Source: Minisyncoccia bacterium (lineage in GTDB: Bacteria > Patescibacteriota > Minisyncoccia > 2-02-FULL-40-12 > IGHO2-01-FULL-4-A). Taken from it: DNA of 64,000 nucleotides. This document shows positions 45,807 through 56,490 of the stretch, piece by piece. Within the stretch, counting starts at the first letter, position 1. Every line of letters starts with the position of its first letter. Below the pieces are notes generated by a model. That model was not told where the DNA came from, did no database searches, and saw only the letters and a program-made list of their open reading frames with translations. Made by a program: the position numbers and the translations under genes. The stretch lies in NCBI GenBank assembly GCA_050015375.1, contig JBEKBN010000003.1:16127-80126 (forward strand), given 5' to 3'.

Positions 45807-46478
45807 ATGAACATAAACGAAATATATCTGAAAATTGTTGCTCTGAACAAGGGTAAAATCACCGTTGCAATTGATGGCTATATTGGTTCGGGGAAAACAT
45901 TTATCGCGAATCAAATCATCAAAGATCATGAAAACGAGATTGTCTTGATTCACGGAGATGATTTTCTAGTTTCCGGCGCAGGAAGGAAAACCGCACTTGA
46001 AAAATATGGTCCGGATTTGGCGATGTCGGTATATGGAAATCGCTGGCAAGAAATTAGGCGTTTAGTGAAAGCATTCAAAAGAGGAGAAAATGAATTTAAA
46101 TTCAAGGGATTCGATCATGAGTCGGGTGAATGTAATATTGAGATGAGTTATAATTTCACGGGCAAGAAAATTTTAATTGCCGAAGGCGTATTTTTAATTC
46201 ACCCAAAAACAATTACCGATATTTGGGATTATAAAATTTATGTAAAAGGGGATATCGAGAAAATAGACAAACGGAGAATTGAAAGAGAAAAAGCCCGCTG
46301 GGGTGAAAAATATTTCCCCGAAACTCGCCCCGATTCCCACATGGGCATGGCCGTCCGCGCCTACAAAAAATTTATTGAGGAATACAATCCAGAACATCTC
46401 GCTGATTTGGTAATAGATAATTCCAATAAATTATGTCTTCGCGTAATTAATAAACTATTTGAAAACAAGAGTTTTTGA
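45807..46478 (+). CDS. P-loop kinase (uridine/cytidine kinase / PRK-like)
   Basis: Walker A IDGYIGSGKTFIA. Confidence 0.5.
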   Translation: MNINEIYLKIVALNKGKITVAIDGYIGSGKTFIANQIIKDHENEIVLIHGDDFLVSGAGRKTALEKYGPDLAMSVYGNRWQEIRRLVKAFKRGENEFKFKGFDHESGECNIEMSYNFTGKKILIAEGVFLIHPKTITDIWDYKIYVKGDIEKIDKRRIEREKARWGEKYFPETRPDSHMGMAVRAYKKFIEEYNPEHLADLVIDNSNKLCLRVINKLFENKSF

Positions 46479-46592
46479 GGGCTTGACGGCTGGTATTGAG
46501 GTTTGGTATAATGGAGGCATAGGTAAATTGAGCATCGTGCTTGCGAGCCATGAGTAGCGGAAGTTCTTTTAACTAGTTTACGGAGGAAAACT

Positions 46593-47030
46593 ATGCCGGA
46601 TTTGGAGAAAGAAGATTTGGATGCCTGGCTGGAAGCCATGAACGAAATGACAATTACTCGAGTGGAGATGTTGGGATTTTCGTCGAGTGCCATGACTCTT
46701 TCTCGAGCTGGTTTTTGCAGGATGGTGTCGAAAAACACCAAGTTTTGCGATGACCTCGAACTGCGAACACGAGTCCTCGAGTTGCTCGCCGATGAGGATG
46801 TCGATGTCAGAGCGGCAGCTTGTCAGACCGTTCTAGATCTAAATTTGGATGCTTCCGGTTACTGGGTGAGAATTCACAAGGACGAGACGCGAGACTGCAT
46901 CCGACCCAGTCGCATGTGGCAATTGGTATATAATCCTACCCTCACAGCCGAAGAAGAGAGGGCGCATATCAAATCATGTCGCTATTGCAAACGGTCTCTA
47001 AAATTCATGGAGGACGAGAAAACCACTTAA
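46593..47030 (+). CDS. hypothetical protein
   Basis: 145-aa ORF, locally GC-richer. Confidence 0.4.
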   Translation: MPDLEKEDLDAWLEAMNEMTITRVEMLGFSSSAMTLSRAGFCRMVSKNTKFCDDLELRTRVLELLADEDVDVRAAACQTVLDLNLDASGYWVRIHKDETRDCIRPSRMWQLVYNPTLTAEEERAHIKSCRYCKRSLKFMEDEKTT

Positions 47031-47094
47031 GTCTGACAGTTTTTGTCCCCGTTGATCTGTGATTCAAAGGAGAACCCAAGGGGAGCAGAACCTC

Positions 47095-47125
47095 AGCCGA
47101 TCTAGCAAGGGTCGGCTTTTTGTTT
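47095..47125 (+). terminator. rho-independent terminator
   Basis: agccga-tctagcaagg-gtcggct followed by ttttgttt. Confidence 0.6.
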
Positions 47126-47412
47126 GGAAGAAAATAATCGTCCGAAACGGATTAGTATTGAATCTTGAAACCTCAATAATTAATCAGCAACTAAGCGAGG
47201 CGATCGCGCCTCCAAGCAGTTCCAAAATTGAGAGCCGGCAAGGTCGGCTCAAGTGGCATAATGGTTGCCCGAAGGGCAACCCACCACGAGCCGCGTCTCC
47301 AATTTTGAAACAACGAGGCGAATCGCTGGTGAGCCGAGTGGTGACCAGAGGTACAATTGCCGAAGCTGGCAGAAATTAAAAATGGAATTTCAGAAATGAG
47401 ACGAGGCGAGCA

Positions 47413-48729
47413 TTATTTGCTGGTGACCAACTCATTGACCGCGTTGACCAGTGCGGGATAATTGAAATAAGCCAAAAGTTGTTTTTGCCAGTCCTTGTCA
47501 TTGATGTTGACGTCCGGATCCACGCCTCGGCCTTCGATGGGTAGGCCGTCGTCACGAAGAGTGATGCTGTTAACCAGAAACACTGAATATTTGTCGGTGT
47601 CGGTGAGCTGATTTTGAAGCGGCATATCCTGCTCGACCGTGCCCCAGCCCTTGGTCGTCGTGCCGACCAAAACCCCGACATGATATTTTTTCAATGTCGC
47701 CGCCATGACTTCGGCCGACGACTGGTCCTGATTGTTAATCAAGATGACGACTTTTTTGTATCTAACCAAACTGTCGAACCAGCCATACTGGGTTTTATAC
47801 GGCGTAGTGTTGCCCTGATGAAAAAAATCATAAGCATAATTATTCGGCCCGATGAACGGCCCCAAAAAATATTGCAAGATATCAATGTCTCCGCCGATGT
47901 TGCCCCGCAAATCAAAGATGAGCGAAGTCGGTCCGTTCTTTTCGTTCGGGTCTATCTTGTCGGCGGCTTTTTTCAATTCATCGAACGATTGCGGAGAAAA
48001 TTTGGATAATTTTATGTAATAAATATCGGGGCTGATCAATTTTGAAGTAACCGTTGGCTCGACGCCGGTCGCATCATAAATTATCTTGCTGTCCGTCGTT
48101 GAAAGAGCGTCATAAGCGCGCTGAACCGTCGCTAACTGCTGTTGGGCTGCTGCTGATTTATCGGTTTTCAATTCCTGTTCTTTTTTGGTGTAAGCGGTTT
48201 TGATGTCTTGGGTGGTGGCGTCCTTTGTTACGCCCAAAGCCGAATACAGGTCAGTATTCGGGTCTTTGTTTTGAACCGTGTTGGTCAGAGCTTGGGTCTG
48301 CTTCTCATTGTATAGCCGGCTCCGGCCGAATGGTTTCAAATTTGCCAAAACAATATCGGCTAACTGGGTCACAAACCCGACTTTTTTATCGTCTGGTTTA
48401 TCTTTGATGATTTGCTCGATAAGATTGCCGACATCGTCACGGGACTTTGGATCGAAAGAGGCCGAAGCGGTTACGATCTTTTGAGCGCCAAGTTTGTATA
48501 GATTCGCAAGGTCAGAATCCGAAATTTTGTCCCAGTAATTTTGTTTTATCTTATCCCAGACCTCAAAAGAAAAAGCCAGATATTTATCAGGTGTAGGCGT
48601 CGGTGAAACAGCGACCGCCTGATGGCGGAAGAATTTTTTACTGAGAGAAGAAGATGAATAGGTCAAACCCCCGACAATTACTACGCCGATCAACAATGCT
48701 AAAAATATGCTTTTCTTTGATAACTTCAT
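47413..48729 (-). CDS. S41 family C-terminal processing peptidase
   Basis: LIFDLRGNIGGDID, SAEVMAATLKKYHVGVLVGTTTKGWG. N-terminal TM anchor. Confidence 0.8.
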   Translation of the reverse strand: MKLSKKSIFLALLIGVVIVGGLTYSSSSLSKKFFRHQAVAVSPTPTPDKYLAFSFEVWDKIKQNYWDKISDSDLANLYKLGAQKIVTASASFDPKSRDDVGNLIEQIIKDKPDDKKVGFVTQLADIVLANLKPFGRSRLYNEKQTQALTNTVQNKDPNTDLYSALGVTKDATTQDIKTAYTKKEQELKTDKSAAAQQQLATVQRAYDALSTTDSKIIYDATGVEPTVTSKLISPDIYYIKLSKFSPQSFDELKKAADKIDPNEKNGPTSLIFDLRGNIGGDIDILQYFLGPFIGPNNYAYDFFHQGNTTPYKTQYGWFDSLVRYKKVVILINNQDQSSAEVMAATLKKYHVGVLVGTTTKGWGTVEQDMPLQNQLTDTDKYSVFLVNSITLRDDGLPIEGRGVDPDVNINDKDWQKQLLAYFNYPALVNAVNELVTSK

Positions 48730-48798
48730 GATAATATTTTTTTGCGACTAATTCAGTATATAAGAATTTTCGGAATGGTGAAGGGGATAAAGATTTTT

Positions 48799-48832
48799 GA
48801 GGGCCGCCCTCAAGCACTTGAGGGCGGCCCTC
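48799..48832. repeat. 34-nt GC-rich near-perfect palindrome (intergenic)
   Basis: gagggccgccctcaag-ca-cttgagggcggccctc. Confidence 0.8.
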
Positions 48833-48855
48833 GCCTATGTTATAATATTCACGTC

Positions 48856-50531
<1,676 letters not shown>

Positions 50532-50570
50532 ATTTGCAAAAGACGATTTTTCATGTTAGATTAAATTACC

Positions 50571-51293
50571 ATGCCGACTTCCGAAAAAATCCAACTTCAA
50601 GCCGAGCCCCGAACCATTATCGGCCGAAAAGTCAAAACCGTCAGAAAAAACGGTCTTTTACCGGCCGTGATTTACGGCCACGGTTTTGAGGCGCTCAATA
50701 TTCAGATCTCGCTCAAGGACTTTGAGAAGATTTATACCAAAGCCGGAGAATCAACTTTGGTTTATTTGAATGTTGGCGGTGAAACCTACCCGACTATTAT
50801 TCACGAGGTATCTCGCGACCCGCGGAGCGACAAACTCCAGCACGCTGATTTTTACAAAGTCCGGCTCGATGAAAAGATAAAAGCCGATATTCAATTGAAT
50901 TTCATCGGCGAGTCGCCGGCGGTCAAAGGAATGGCCGGAATTTTGGTTAAGAATATTTCTCAATTGGAAGTCGAGGGTTTCCCGCAAGATCTGCCGAATA
51001 AAGTAGATGTTGATATTTCCAAACTTGTGGATTTTAAATCCCAAATTTTGGTCAAGGATCTGCAGTTTTCGCCGAAAGTTGCCGTCAAAGCCAAGCCAGA
51101 AGAGATCGTTTGTCTGATCCAGGAACCGATCTCTGAAGAAGAACTCAAAGCCCAATTGGAAACCCCGGCCGCCGGCGCACCCGAGGAAGTTGAAGTCATC
51201 AAGAAAGAGAAACTGGAAACCGAACCCGCCGAAGGTGAGACCCCGGCGCCGGCGGCACCAGCTCAACCCGAGAAAAAACCCGAGAAAAAGTAA
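50571..51293 (+). CDS. rplY: ribosomal protein L25 / general stress protein Ctc form
   Basis: RKVKTVRKNGLLPAVIYGHG and a long acidic/Pro-Ala C-terminal tail. Confidence 0.85.
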   Translation: MPTSEKIQLQAEPRTIIGRKVKTVRKNGLLPAVIYGHGFEALNIQISLKDFEKIYTKAGESTLVYLNVGGETYPTIIHEVSRDPRSDKLQHADFYKVRLDEKIKADIQLNFIGESPAVKGMAGILVKNISQLEVEGFPQDLPNKVDVDISKLVDFKSQILVKDLQFSPKVAVKAKPEEIVCLIQEPISEEELKAQLETPAAGAPEEVEVIKKEKLETEPAEGETPAPAAPAQPEKKPEKK

Positions 51294-51305
51294 CTCAACT
51301 AACAG

Positions 51306-51851
51306 TTATCTGATACCGGCGGTTTTTGCATAGCCATCCCATTTGATGAGCTGACCGGCGGTGAGCTGTTTGGAGTCATCGAGAAGGGATTTGATTTTGT
51401 CGGAATTAAAAGTGATGGTATTGCCGATCTTGAATGTTGATTTATCGATCGTGGCGGCCAGAGCCGTTTCGGCATAAACCCGTTGTCCGGGCGTGGCCGT
51501 CTCAAGCGGATTTGATAATAAATAGGAAGCAATCGCTCGGCGGGTGATATTGATCATGCCATCGCCTTTGCCAACGACTTCGGAAATAGCAGTATTGTTC
51601 ACGGCAATCGGTGTCTCGGTAGGCGATATGCTTTCAGTCGGTTTTTGCCGGGTTGAAATCCCGTAAATTATCAGAGCTAAAATAATTATCGGGAGGACTA
51701 CTTTATAAAAATATTTACCCAACCATTTTTTAACTTTCATGCCCCAGCCCGGCCCTGATTCAAAAACAGGACCCTCGGATGATCTATTTTCCCTCGGCTC
51801 CCTTAATAATATCGGTTGTTGCTCGGACATAGTTTCCGAATCAAGAATCAC
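51306..51851 (-). CDS. membrane-anchored hypothetical protein
   Basis: Non-ATG (GTG) track start. One TM helix. 181 aa. Confidence 0.4.
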   Translation of the reverse strand: MILDSETMSEQQPILLREPRENRSSEGPVFESGPGWGMKVKKWLGKYFYKVVLPIIILALIIYGISTRQKPTESISPTETPIAVNNTAISEVVGKGDGMINITRRAIASYLLSNPLETATPGQRVYAETALAATIDKSTFKIGNTITFNSDKIKSLLDDSKQLTAGQLIKWDGYAKTAGIR

Positions 51852-51907
51852 GAATTATGAATCACGAATAACAATCCCGTGATTCATGATTCTTTTTTCA
51901 TGATTCA
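51843..51907. repeat. cluster of RTGATTC heptamers in both orientations (intergenic/5' region)
   Basis: gaatcacgaattatgaatcacgaat ... cgtgattcatgattc ... catgattc. Same heptamer as inside the cysteine desulfurase gene. Confidence 0.7.
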
Positions 51908-51910
51908 ATT

Positions 51911-52807
51911 TTACGATTGCTTAGAAAGTTCCTCAATTATCGACTCAAGATTTCCATCAAGTATTTTTGAAATGTTGCCCCAACTTTTTTTGACTCTGTG
52001 GTCGGTGATGCGGTCTTGGGGAAAATTGTAAGTTCTGATCTTCTCCGAACGGTCAGCGGTGCCGATCTGACGACGTCGCTCCGATGTCAGCGCGCCTTCC
52101 TCCTGATTTCTTTTTATATCTAACAACTTCGTCCGCAAAATTTCAAGAGCCCGTTCTTTGTTTCTGGCTTGGGATCTTTCCTCTTGAGAACTTACCACCA
52201 AACCTGACGGTTTGTGAACCAGCCGGACGGCAGTCGAGACCTTGTTGACATTTTGGCCGCCCGGGCCGCCGGAGCGGTAAAAAGAAATTTCAATGTCGTC
52301 GGGCTTGATCTCAATGTCGGTTTCTTTGGCTTTCGGCAAGACCGCCACCGAAACGGTGGAGGTGTGAACCCGGCCACCTTTCTCGGTATCGGGTATCCGT
52401 TGAACTCGGTGAACGCCGGATTCATATTTCATTTTTTCCAAAACGCCGTTGCCGCTAAGCTCGAAAACCATATTTTTGTAACCGCCAAGAGAAGATTGGC
52501 TATAATCCAAAATAGTCAAATGCCAACCCTGGATCGCGGCGTATTTTTTATACATTTCAAAAAGCGTTGCCCCGAATAATCCGGCTTCATCACCGCCGGC
52601 GCCGGCGCGGATCTCGACGATGGCTTCACTATAAATGGCGGCGCCCGACGGCGCGCCGTCGGGCGCCGCCAAAAGTCGTTCTATCTCGGCATATCTTTTT
52701 GACACTTCAGCCACCTTCTTATAATCTAAAACAAACCCAGGGTCGCTGAGCTGTTTCTGGATAGCGTCGAGTTCCTGTTTTAATTCCTCCTTGGAAGCCA
52801 TTGGCAT
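51911..52807 (-). CDS. prfA: peptide chain release factor 1 (short form, 298 aa)
   Basis: GGQ motif (SGGPGGQNVN) and a PxT-type tripeptide (RIPDTEKGGRVHTS). No SPF motif and no internal frameshift site. Confidence 0.75.
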   Translation of the reverse strand: MPMASKEELKQELDAIQKQLSDPGFVLDYKKVAEVSKRYAEIERLLAAPDGAPSGAAIYSEAIVEIRAGAGGDEAGLFGATLFEMYKKYAAIQGWHLTILDYSQSSLGGYKNMVFELSGNGVLEKMKYESGVHRVQRIPDTEKGGRVHTSTVSVAVLPKAKETDIEIKPDDIEISFYRSGGPGGQNVNKVSTAVRLVHKPSGLVVSSQEERSQARNKERALEILRTKLLDIKRNQEEGALTSERRRQIGTADRSEKIRTYNFPQDRITDHRVKKSWGNISKILDGNLESIIEELSKQS

Positions 52808-52813
52808 TAAGAT

Positions 52814-53074
52814 CTATTTGGAGGTCTTCTTTAAACGAGGTTTCTTAACCAATTTGTTCTTTATCTTTTCCTCCGATTTCGAGGCGCGTTTTTTGAATTT
52901 ATCCACTCGACCCCGAGTATCAACCAGTTTCTCCTTGCCGGTATAGAAAGGGTGGCACTTATCGCAGATTTCCACGCTAATTTCCGGCAACGTAGCGCCG
53001 GTCTTCCAGTGATTCCCGCAAGCGCAACGAACAGAGGCCTCGGGATAGTATTTGGGGTGAATGTCAGATTTCAT
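52814..53074 (-). CDS. rpmE: ribosomal protein L31
   Basis: MKSDIHPKY...CACGN...[11 protein letters not shown]. The track start at 53134 is likely an extension. Confidence 0.85.
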   Translation of the reverse strand: MKSDIHPKYYPEASVRCACGNHWKTGATLPEISVEICDKCHPFYTGKEKLVDTRGRVDKFKKRASKSEEKIKNKLVKKPRLKKTSK

Positions 53075-53153
53075 ATACGGTAGCTTATCATTAACTTCAA
53101 TGGATGACAAGGCGAACTTGCTCATTCTCTTCAATTTTGTTATGCTTTAACTT

Positions 53154-53843
53154 ATGTCAAAACCCGAATCACAAATGCCCGCTTACGAAGACATGATCAA
53201 AGCCGGTATGCATTTTGGCAGGAAAAAAACGATTTTCCATCCCCGCATGGAACCGTTTGTTTATACTCTGAAGGACAATATTTACATTATTGACCTTATC
53301 AAAACGACTGGCGCCCTTCTAAAAACCATTGATTTCCTTAAAAAATTAATAGCCGAGGGCAAGATGGTTTTATTTGTCGGCCAAACCAAGCAATCCACCG
53401 AGGCCATCAAGGCCACCGCCGAAGCGCTGGGCATGCCTTTCGTGATCGATCGCTGGCTGGGAGGCACATTCACGAATTTCAAAACCATCAACGCCCGGGT
53501 GAAATATCTCGAAGACCTGGAGAAAAAACAGGCCTCGGGCGATTTCGAGAAGTATACCAAACGGGAAAAAGCGATGAAAGAGAAAGAGATCGCCACTCTT
53601 CGCAAAAATTTTGACGGTATCAGAAAACTGACCCGAGTACCGGACGCGGTCTTCGTTTCCTCGCTCAAAGAAAGCCAATTGCCGGTCAGGGAAGCTAAGC
53701 TTTCCGGCGTTAAGATCATAGCTATCGTTAACACCGATAGCGACCCGAAGCAGGTTGATTATCCGATCCCGGCGAACGACAATTCAAAAAAAGCGGTTGA
53801 GATGATCCTAGAAACGATCAAAAACGCGCTTATAACCAACTAA
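53154..53843 (+). CDS. rpsB: ribosomal protein S2
   Basis: GMHFGRKKTIFHPRM..., VIDRWLGGTFTNF, IIAIVNTDSDP. Confidence 0.9.
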   Translation: MSKPESQMPAYEDMIKAGMHFGRKKTIFHPRMEPFVYTLKDNIYIIDLIKTTGALLKTIDFLKKLIAEGKMVLFVGQTKQSTEAIKATAEALGMPFVIDRWLGGTFTNFKTINARVKYLEDLEKKQASGDFEKYTKREKAMKEKEIATLRKNFDGIRKLTRVPDAVFVSSLKESQLPVREAKLSGVKIIAIVNTDSDPKQVDYPIPANDNSKKAVEMILETIKNALITN

Positions 53844-53846
53844 CCA

Positions 53847-54296
53847 ATGTCTGACATCGAAACGATCAAACAACTTCGCGATTCCACCGGTTTTTCTTTC
53901 AATGAGATTCGCAAAGCGTTGGAAGAAGCCGGCGGCGACAAAGCCAGAGCCATCGAGGTTTTGAAAGCCCACGGCGCCAGCATTGCCGAAAAAAAATCAA
54001 CCCGGACGACAAGCCAGGGAATAATCGAGGCCTACATCCATTCGACCAAAAAAGTCGGAGCGATGGTGGAAATTTTGTGCGAAACGGATTTTGTCGCCAG
54101 AAATCCCTTGTTCAGTGAACTGGCTCACGAGCTGGCAATGCATATCGCCGCCATGGATCCGGCGGACTCAAAAACCTTGATGGCCCAGCCATACATAAAA
54201 GATCCGGACCAAACCGTCGCCAATTTCATCCAAAATTATATTGCTAAGCTCGGAGAAAACATCAAGGTCGGCAAATTCGCAAGGTTTCAATTATAA
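53847..54296 (+). CDS. tsf: elongation factor Ts (short form)
   Basis: IKQLRDSTGFSFNEIRKALEEAGGDKARAIEVLK UBA-like N-terminus. rpsB-tsf synteny. Confidence 0.85.
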   Translation: MSDIETIKQLRDSTGFSFNEIRKALEEAGGDKARAIEVLKAHGASIAEKKSTRTTSQGIIEAYIHSTKKVGAMVEILCETDFVARNPLFSELAHELAMHIAAMDPADSKTLMAQPYIKDPDQTVANFIQNYIAKLGENIKVGKFARFQL

Positions 54297-54299
54297 TCC

Positions 54300-54932
54300 A
54301 TGTATCTTTATCTTCCCCTAGGCATTTTCGTGGTTTCAGTGGTTTTGATAATCTGGATCATTTCCCGTAAATTTGTGTACCTCAAAAAACTCACCCCCGA
54401 AGCCATTGAATCGGTCTCCGGCGAGCCCGGCTTTTGGAGCGAGATGTTTCCCGAAATATCAGATTATTTCAAAAAAACCAATTTTAGACAACACGGCGTC
54501 ACGCTTTTATCGGAATTTGAGAAAACACTTCGAAGGATCAGGTTGCTTTTCATGAAATTCGATACTTTCACAGGCAAAGTCATTCATTCGGTCAGAAAAA
54601 CTACCAAACAACAAGAGGCAGTGATCATCAAACAAGCCGAAAAAGCCGAAGAAGAAAAACCGCAAGAGATCGACCCCTTTGAGCTAGGCGAAGCGAGCCG
54701 TGAAGAATTGAAGCAAAAAGAACAATATCTTATCATTGAAATAGCCAAGAATCCCAAAGATGCTCCCTTGTACAAAGAACTCGGTTCGTTGTACATGCGG
54801 ACAGGCGAGCTGGAAGATGCCAAACAATCCTTTGAAAAAGTTTTGGAACTCAACCCCGAAGATGAAACCACAAAACGAAAACTCGGCCGTGTTCTGGCCA
54901 AGCTCGAAGAACAGAAGAGGGGAGAAAAGTAG
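54300..54932 (+). CDS. membrane-anchored TPR-like protein
   Basis: N-terminal TM, C-terminal TPR-like (LGSLYMRTGELEDAKQSFEKVLELNPED). Confidence 0.45.
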   Translation: MYLYLPLGIFVVSVVLIIWIISRKFVYLKKLTPEAIESVSGEPGFWSEMFPEISDYFKKTNFRQHGVTLLSEFEKTLRRIRLLFMKFDTFTGKVIHSVRKTTKQQEAVIIKQAEKAEEEKPQEIDPFELGEASREELKQKEQYLIIEIAKNPKDAPLYKELGSLYMRTGELEDAKQSFEKVLELNPEDETTKRKLGRVLAKLEEQKRGEK

Positions 54933-54936
54933 GATT

Positions 54937-55010
54937 GCCGGAGTAGCTCAACGGTAGAGCAGCACTTTTGTAAAGTGAAGGCTTGTCGGGTTCGAATCCC
55001 ACCTCCGGCT
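54937..55010 (+). tRNA. tRNA-Thr (UGU), with aberrant T-stem (1-nt bulge) and a 27-43 mismatch
   Basis: Acceptor GCCGGAG/CTCCGGC, D-arm GCTC-AACGGTA-GAGC, anticodon loop TTTGTAA. T-arm gtCggg-ttcgaat-cccac needs a bulged C. Confidence 0.6.
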
Positions 55011-55011
55011 C

Positions 55012-55656
55012 ATGTCTTACGATTTTTATAAATCCGAAGATTATAGACAAAGACAAAGTATATTAACAAAACTAAATTGGCAGAAAGGAGTTTTTGATCA
55101 TCGGATAAGGAATGAAAAGAGAATTTGTAAACGAAGGGGATGCCATAAAGTATTCTATGCCAAACCTAGCAATCCCAAAGTTTTTTGTTCCATATCCTGC
55201 GCTGCAATATACAATAATACAGGGCGGATTCGACGCAGAATAACTTATTGCTTAAATTGCAACAAAAAAACTCCACGCTCTGGCTATAAATATTGTAGTA
55301 ATGCGTGCCAAATCGGTTTTCAATACAAAACATACATTCAAAAATGGAAAGAAGGCAAAAAGAATGGATTAAACGAAAGTATCGGAGTCGTAAATAAGTA
55401 TGTTAAAAGATATTTAAGAGAAAAATATAAAAATGAATGTTGTTTGTGTGGTTGGTCACAAATAAATCCAAGAACAAATACAATTCCCTTATCAGCTGAT
55501 CATATAGATGGAAATTGGCGGAATAATCGAGAAGAAAATTTAAGATTACTTTGTCCAAATTGTGATTCTTTAACTCCAACCTATAAGAACCTAAATAAAG
55601 GTAGAGGAAGGAATATTAGATTGCTTGGACTAAAGAAAGTGAGTAAGTTAGTATAA
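55012..55656 (+). CDS. HNH endonuclease (free-standing, inserted within tRNA cluster)
   Basis: CCLCGW...ADHIDGNWRNNREENLRLLCPNCD HNH/Zn motif, plus N-terminal CxxC pairs. Starts 2 nt after the tRNA-Thr end. Confidence 0.75.
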   Translation: MSYDFYKSEDYRQRQSILTKLNWQKGVFDHRIRNEKRICKRRGCHKVFYAKPSNPKVFCSISCAAIYNNTGRIRRRITYCLNCNKKTPRSGYKYCSNACQIGFQYKTYIQKWKEGKKNGLNESIGVVNKYVKRYLREKYKNECCLCGWSQINPRTNTIPLSADHIDGNWRNNREENLRLLCPNCDSLTPTYKNLNKGRGRNIRLLGLKKVSKLV

Positions 55657-55670
55657 ATTTTATCAAATTT

Positions 55671-55753
55671 GGGCGGTTGGGTGAGTAGCAATACCAGCGC
55701 GCTGTAAACGCGCCGACCATCGGTCTTCGGGGGTGCAAGTCCCTCACCGCCCA
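55671..55753 (+). tRNA. tRNA-Tyr (GUA), class II with long variable arm. Unusual T-loop (TGCAAGT)
   Basis: Acceptor GGGCGGT/ACCGCCC, anticodon stem GCGCG/CGCGC with loop CTGTAAA, variable arm gacc-atc-ggtc, T-stem GGGGG/CCCTC. Confidence 0.6.
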
Positions 55754-55790
55754 CAAGAAATTTATATTATAACAACAGATGACATGATTA

Positions 55791-55862
55791 GCCGGGGTAG
55801 TTCAGTGGCAGAACGCTTTCTTGGTAAGAAAGAAGTCGTGAGTTCGATTCTCACCTCCGGCT
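55791..55862 (+). tRNA. tRNA-Thr (GGU)
   Basis: Acceptor GCCGGGG/CTCCGGC (one G-U), D GTTC/GAAC, anticodon stem CTTTC/GAAAG with loop TTGGTAA, T-arm GTGAG-TTCGATT-CTCAC. Confidence 0.85.
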
Positions 55863-55903
55863 CAGTAATTATTTGCAATTATAAATTTTCGATGATCATT
55901 TAT

Positions 55904-55933
55904 TTGAAAATTGAAAATTGAAAATTGAAAATT
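55904..55933. repeat. 4.3 x 7-nt tandem repeat TTGAAAA
   Basis: ttgaaaattgaaaattgaaaattgaaaatt, upstream of rpmG. Confidence 0.8.
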
Positions 55934-55939
55934 ATATTC

Positions 55940-56104
55940 ATGTCACAAGACAGCTTGATAAAATTAAGATGTTCAGTGTGTAAGAAGGGGATGAGCTTTA
56001 CAACAAAGAACAAGAAGTTGGTTACAAGAAAATTGGAATATAAAAAATATTGCAATGTTTGTCGGAAGCATAATCTATTTAAAGAAGTAAAACTCACCGC
56101 TTAG
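55940..56104 (+). CDS. rpmG: ribosomal protein L33 (zinc-ribbon form)
   Basis: MSQDSLIKLRCSVCKKGMSFTTKNKKLVTRKLEYKKYCNVCRKHNLFKEVKLTA. 54 aa, below the track cutoff. Confidence 0.85.
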   Translation: MSQDSLIKLRCSVCKKGMSFTTKNKKLVTRKLEYKKYCNVCRKHNLFKEVKLTA

Positions 56105-56113
56105 GTGAGCATC

Positions 56114-56149
56114 GGGGGCGTCGTTCAGTGGCAGGACGCTGGTCTCCAA
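56114..56149 (+). pseudogene. orphan 5' half of a canonical-type tRNA-Trp (acceptor, D-arm, anticodon stem, loop up to CTCCAA)
   Basis: gggggcgtcgttcagtggcaggacgctggtctccaa resembles typical bacterial tRNA-Trp 5' halves but has no complementary 3' half downstream. It shares only ggtctccaa with the intact tRNA-Trp 18 bp away. Confidence 0.6.
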
Positions 56150-56167
56150 TCCCATCACATTCAAAAT

Positions 56168-56238
56168 GGGGATGTCGGTTAACGGCAAACCAACGGTCTC
56201 CAAAACCGTGACTGTAGGTTCGATTCCTACCATCCCCG
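56168..56238 (+). tRNA. tRNA-Trp (CCA)
   Basis: Acceptor GGGGATG/CATCCCC, D GGTT/AACC, anticodon stem ACGGT/ACCGT with loop CTCCAAA, T-arm GTAGG-TTCGATT-CCTAC. Confidence 0.85.
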
Positions 56239-56256
56239 CGTTAAGAATGTGAGGGA

Positions 56257-56361
56257 CGATTCCTTGCGCCCCCGCAAAATCAAAAACAGCCCTGCGGCTG
56301 TTTTTGATTTGAGGAGCAAGGAATCGAACGTCGGAGCGATATTTCGTTAGAAGACGAAATC
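56257..56361 (+). other. nested long hairpins downstream of tRNA-Trp (possible terminator / element-end structure)
   Basis: Outer cgattccttgc/gcaaggaatcg and inner aaaatcaaaaacagcc-ctgc-ggctgtttttgatttg. A second hairpin cgatatttcg...cgaaatcg. Confidence 0.4.
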
Positions 56362-56490
56362 GCGAGATGGTGCCCAGACCGAGGCGAGAGACGGCAAGCC
56401 GAGAGTCGAGGGAGATTTCATTGCGCACCCCTTAAAACGATTAAATTAAAAAACCTCTTTAATGAGGCTTTTTAATTATAACAGTTTAAA

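Noticed and set aside
47059-47379. 106-aa plus-strand ORF
   Set aside because: It lies within a highly structured convergent intergenic spacer. No motifs. Likely a non-coding structured region.
47130-47412. SRP RNA, RNase P RNA or tmRNA identity for the structured spacer
   Set aside because: The conserved SRP domain IV, the RNase P GGAAAGUCCGG motif and the tmRNA tag-reading frame are not present.
51911-52807. RF2 with programmed +1 frameshift
   Set aside because: No SPF motif and no CTT-TGA-type shift site. The ORF is continuous from its ATG.
55863-55939. Deletion of tuf between tRNA-Thr(GGU) and rpmG (expected from thrT-tuf-rpmG-tRNATrp-secE synteny)
   Set aside because: Gene order varies among bacteria. 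Only 77 bp with a simple heptamer repeat lies here. Insufficient evidence for a deletion event.
56075-56428. 117-aa minus-strand ORF
   Set aside because: It spans tRNA-Trp, its 5'-half fragment and the rpmG end.
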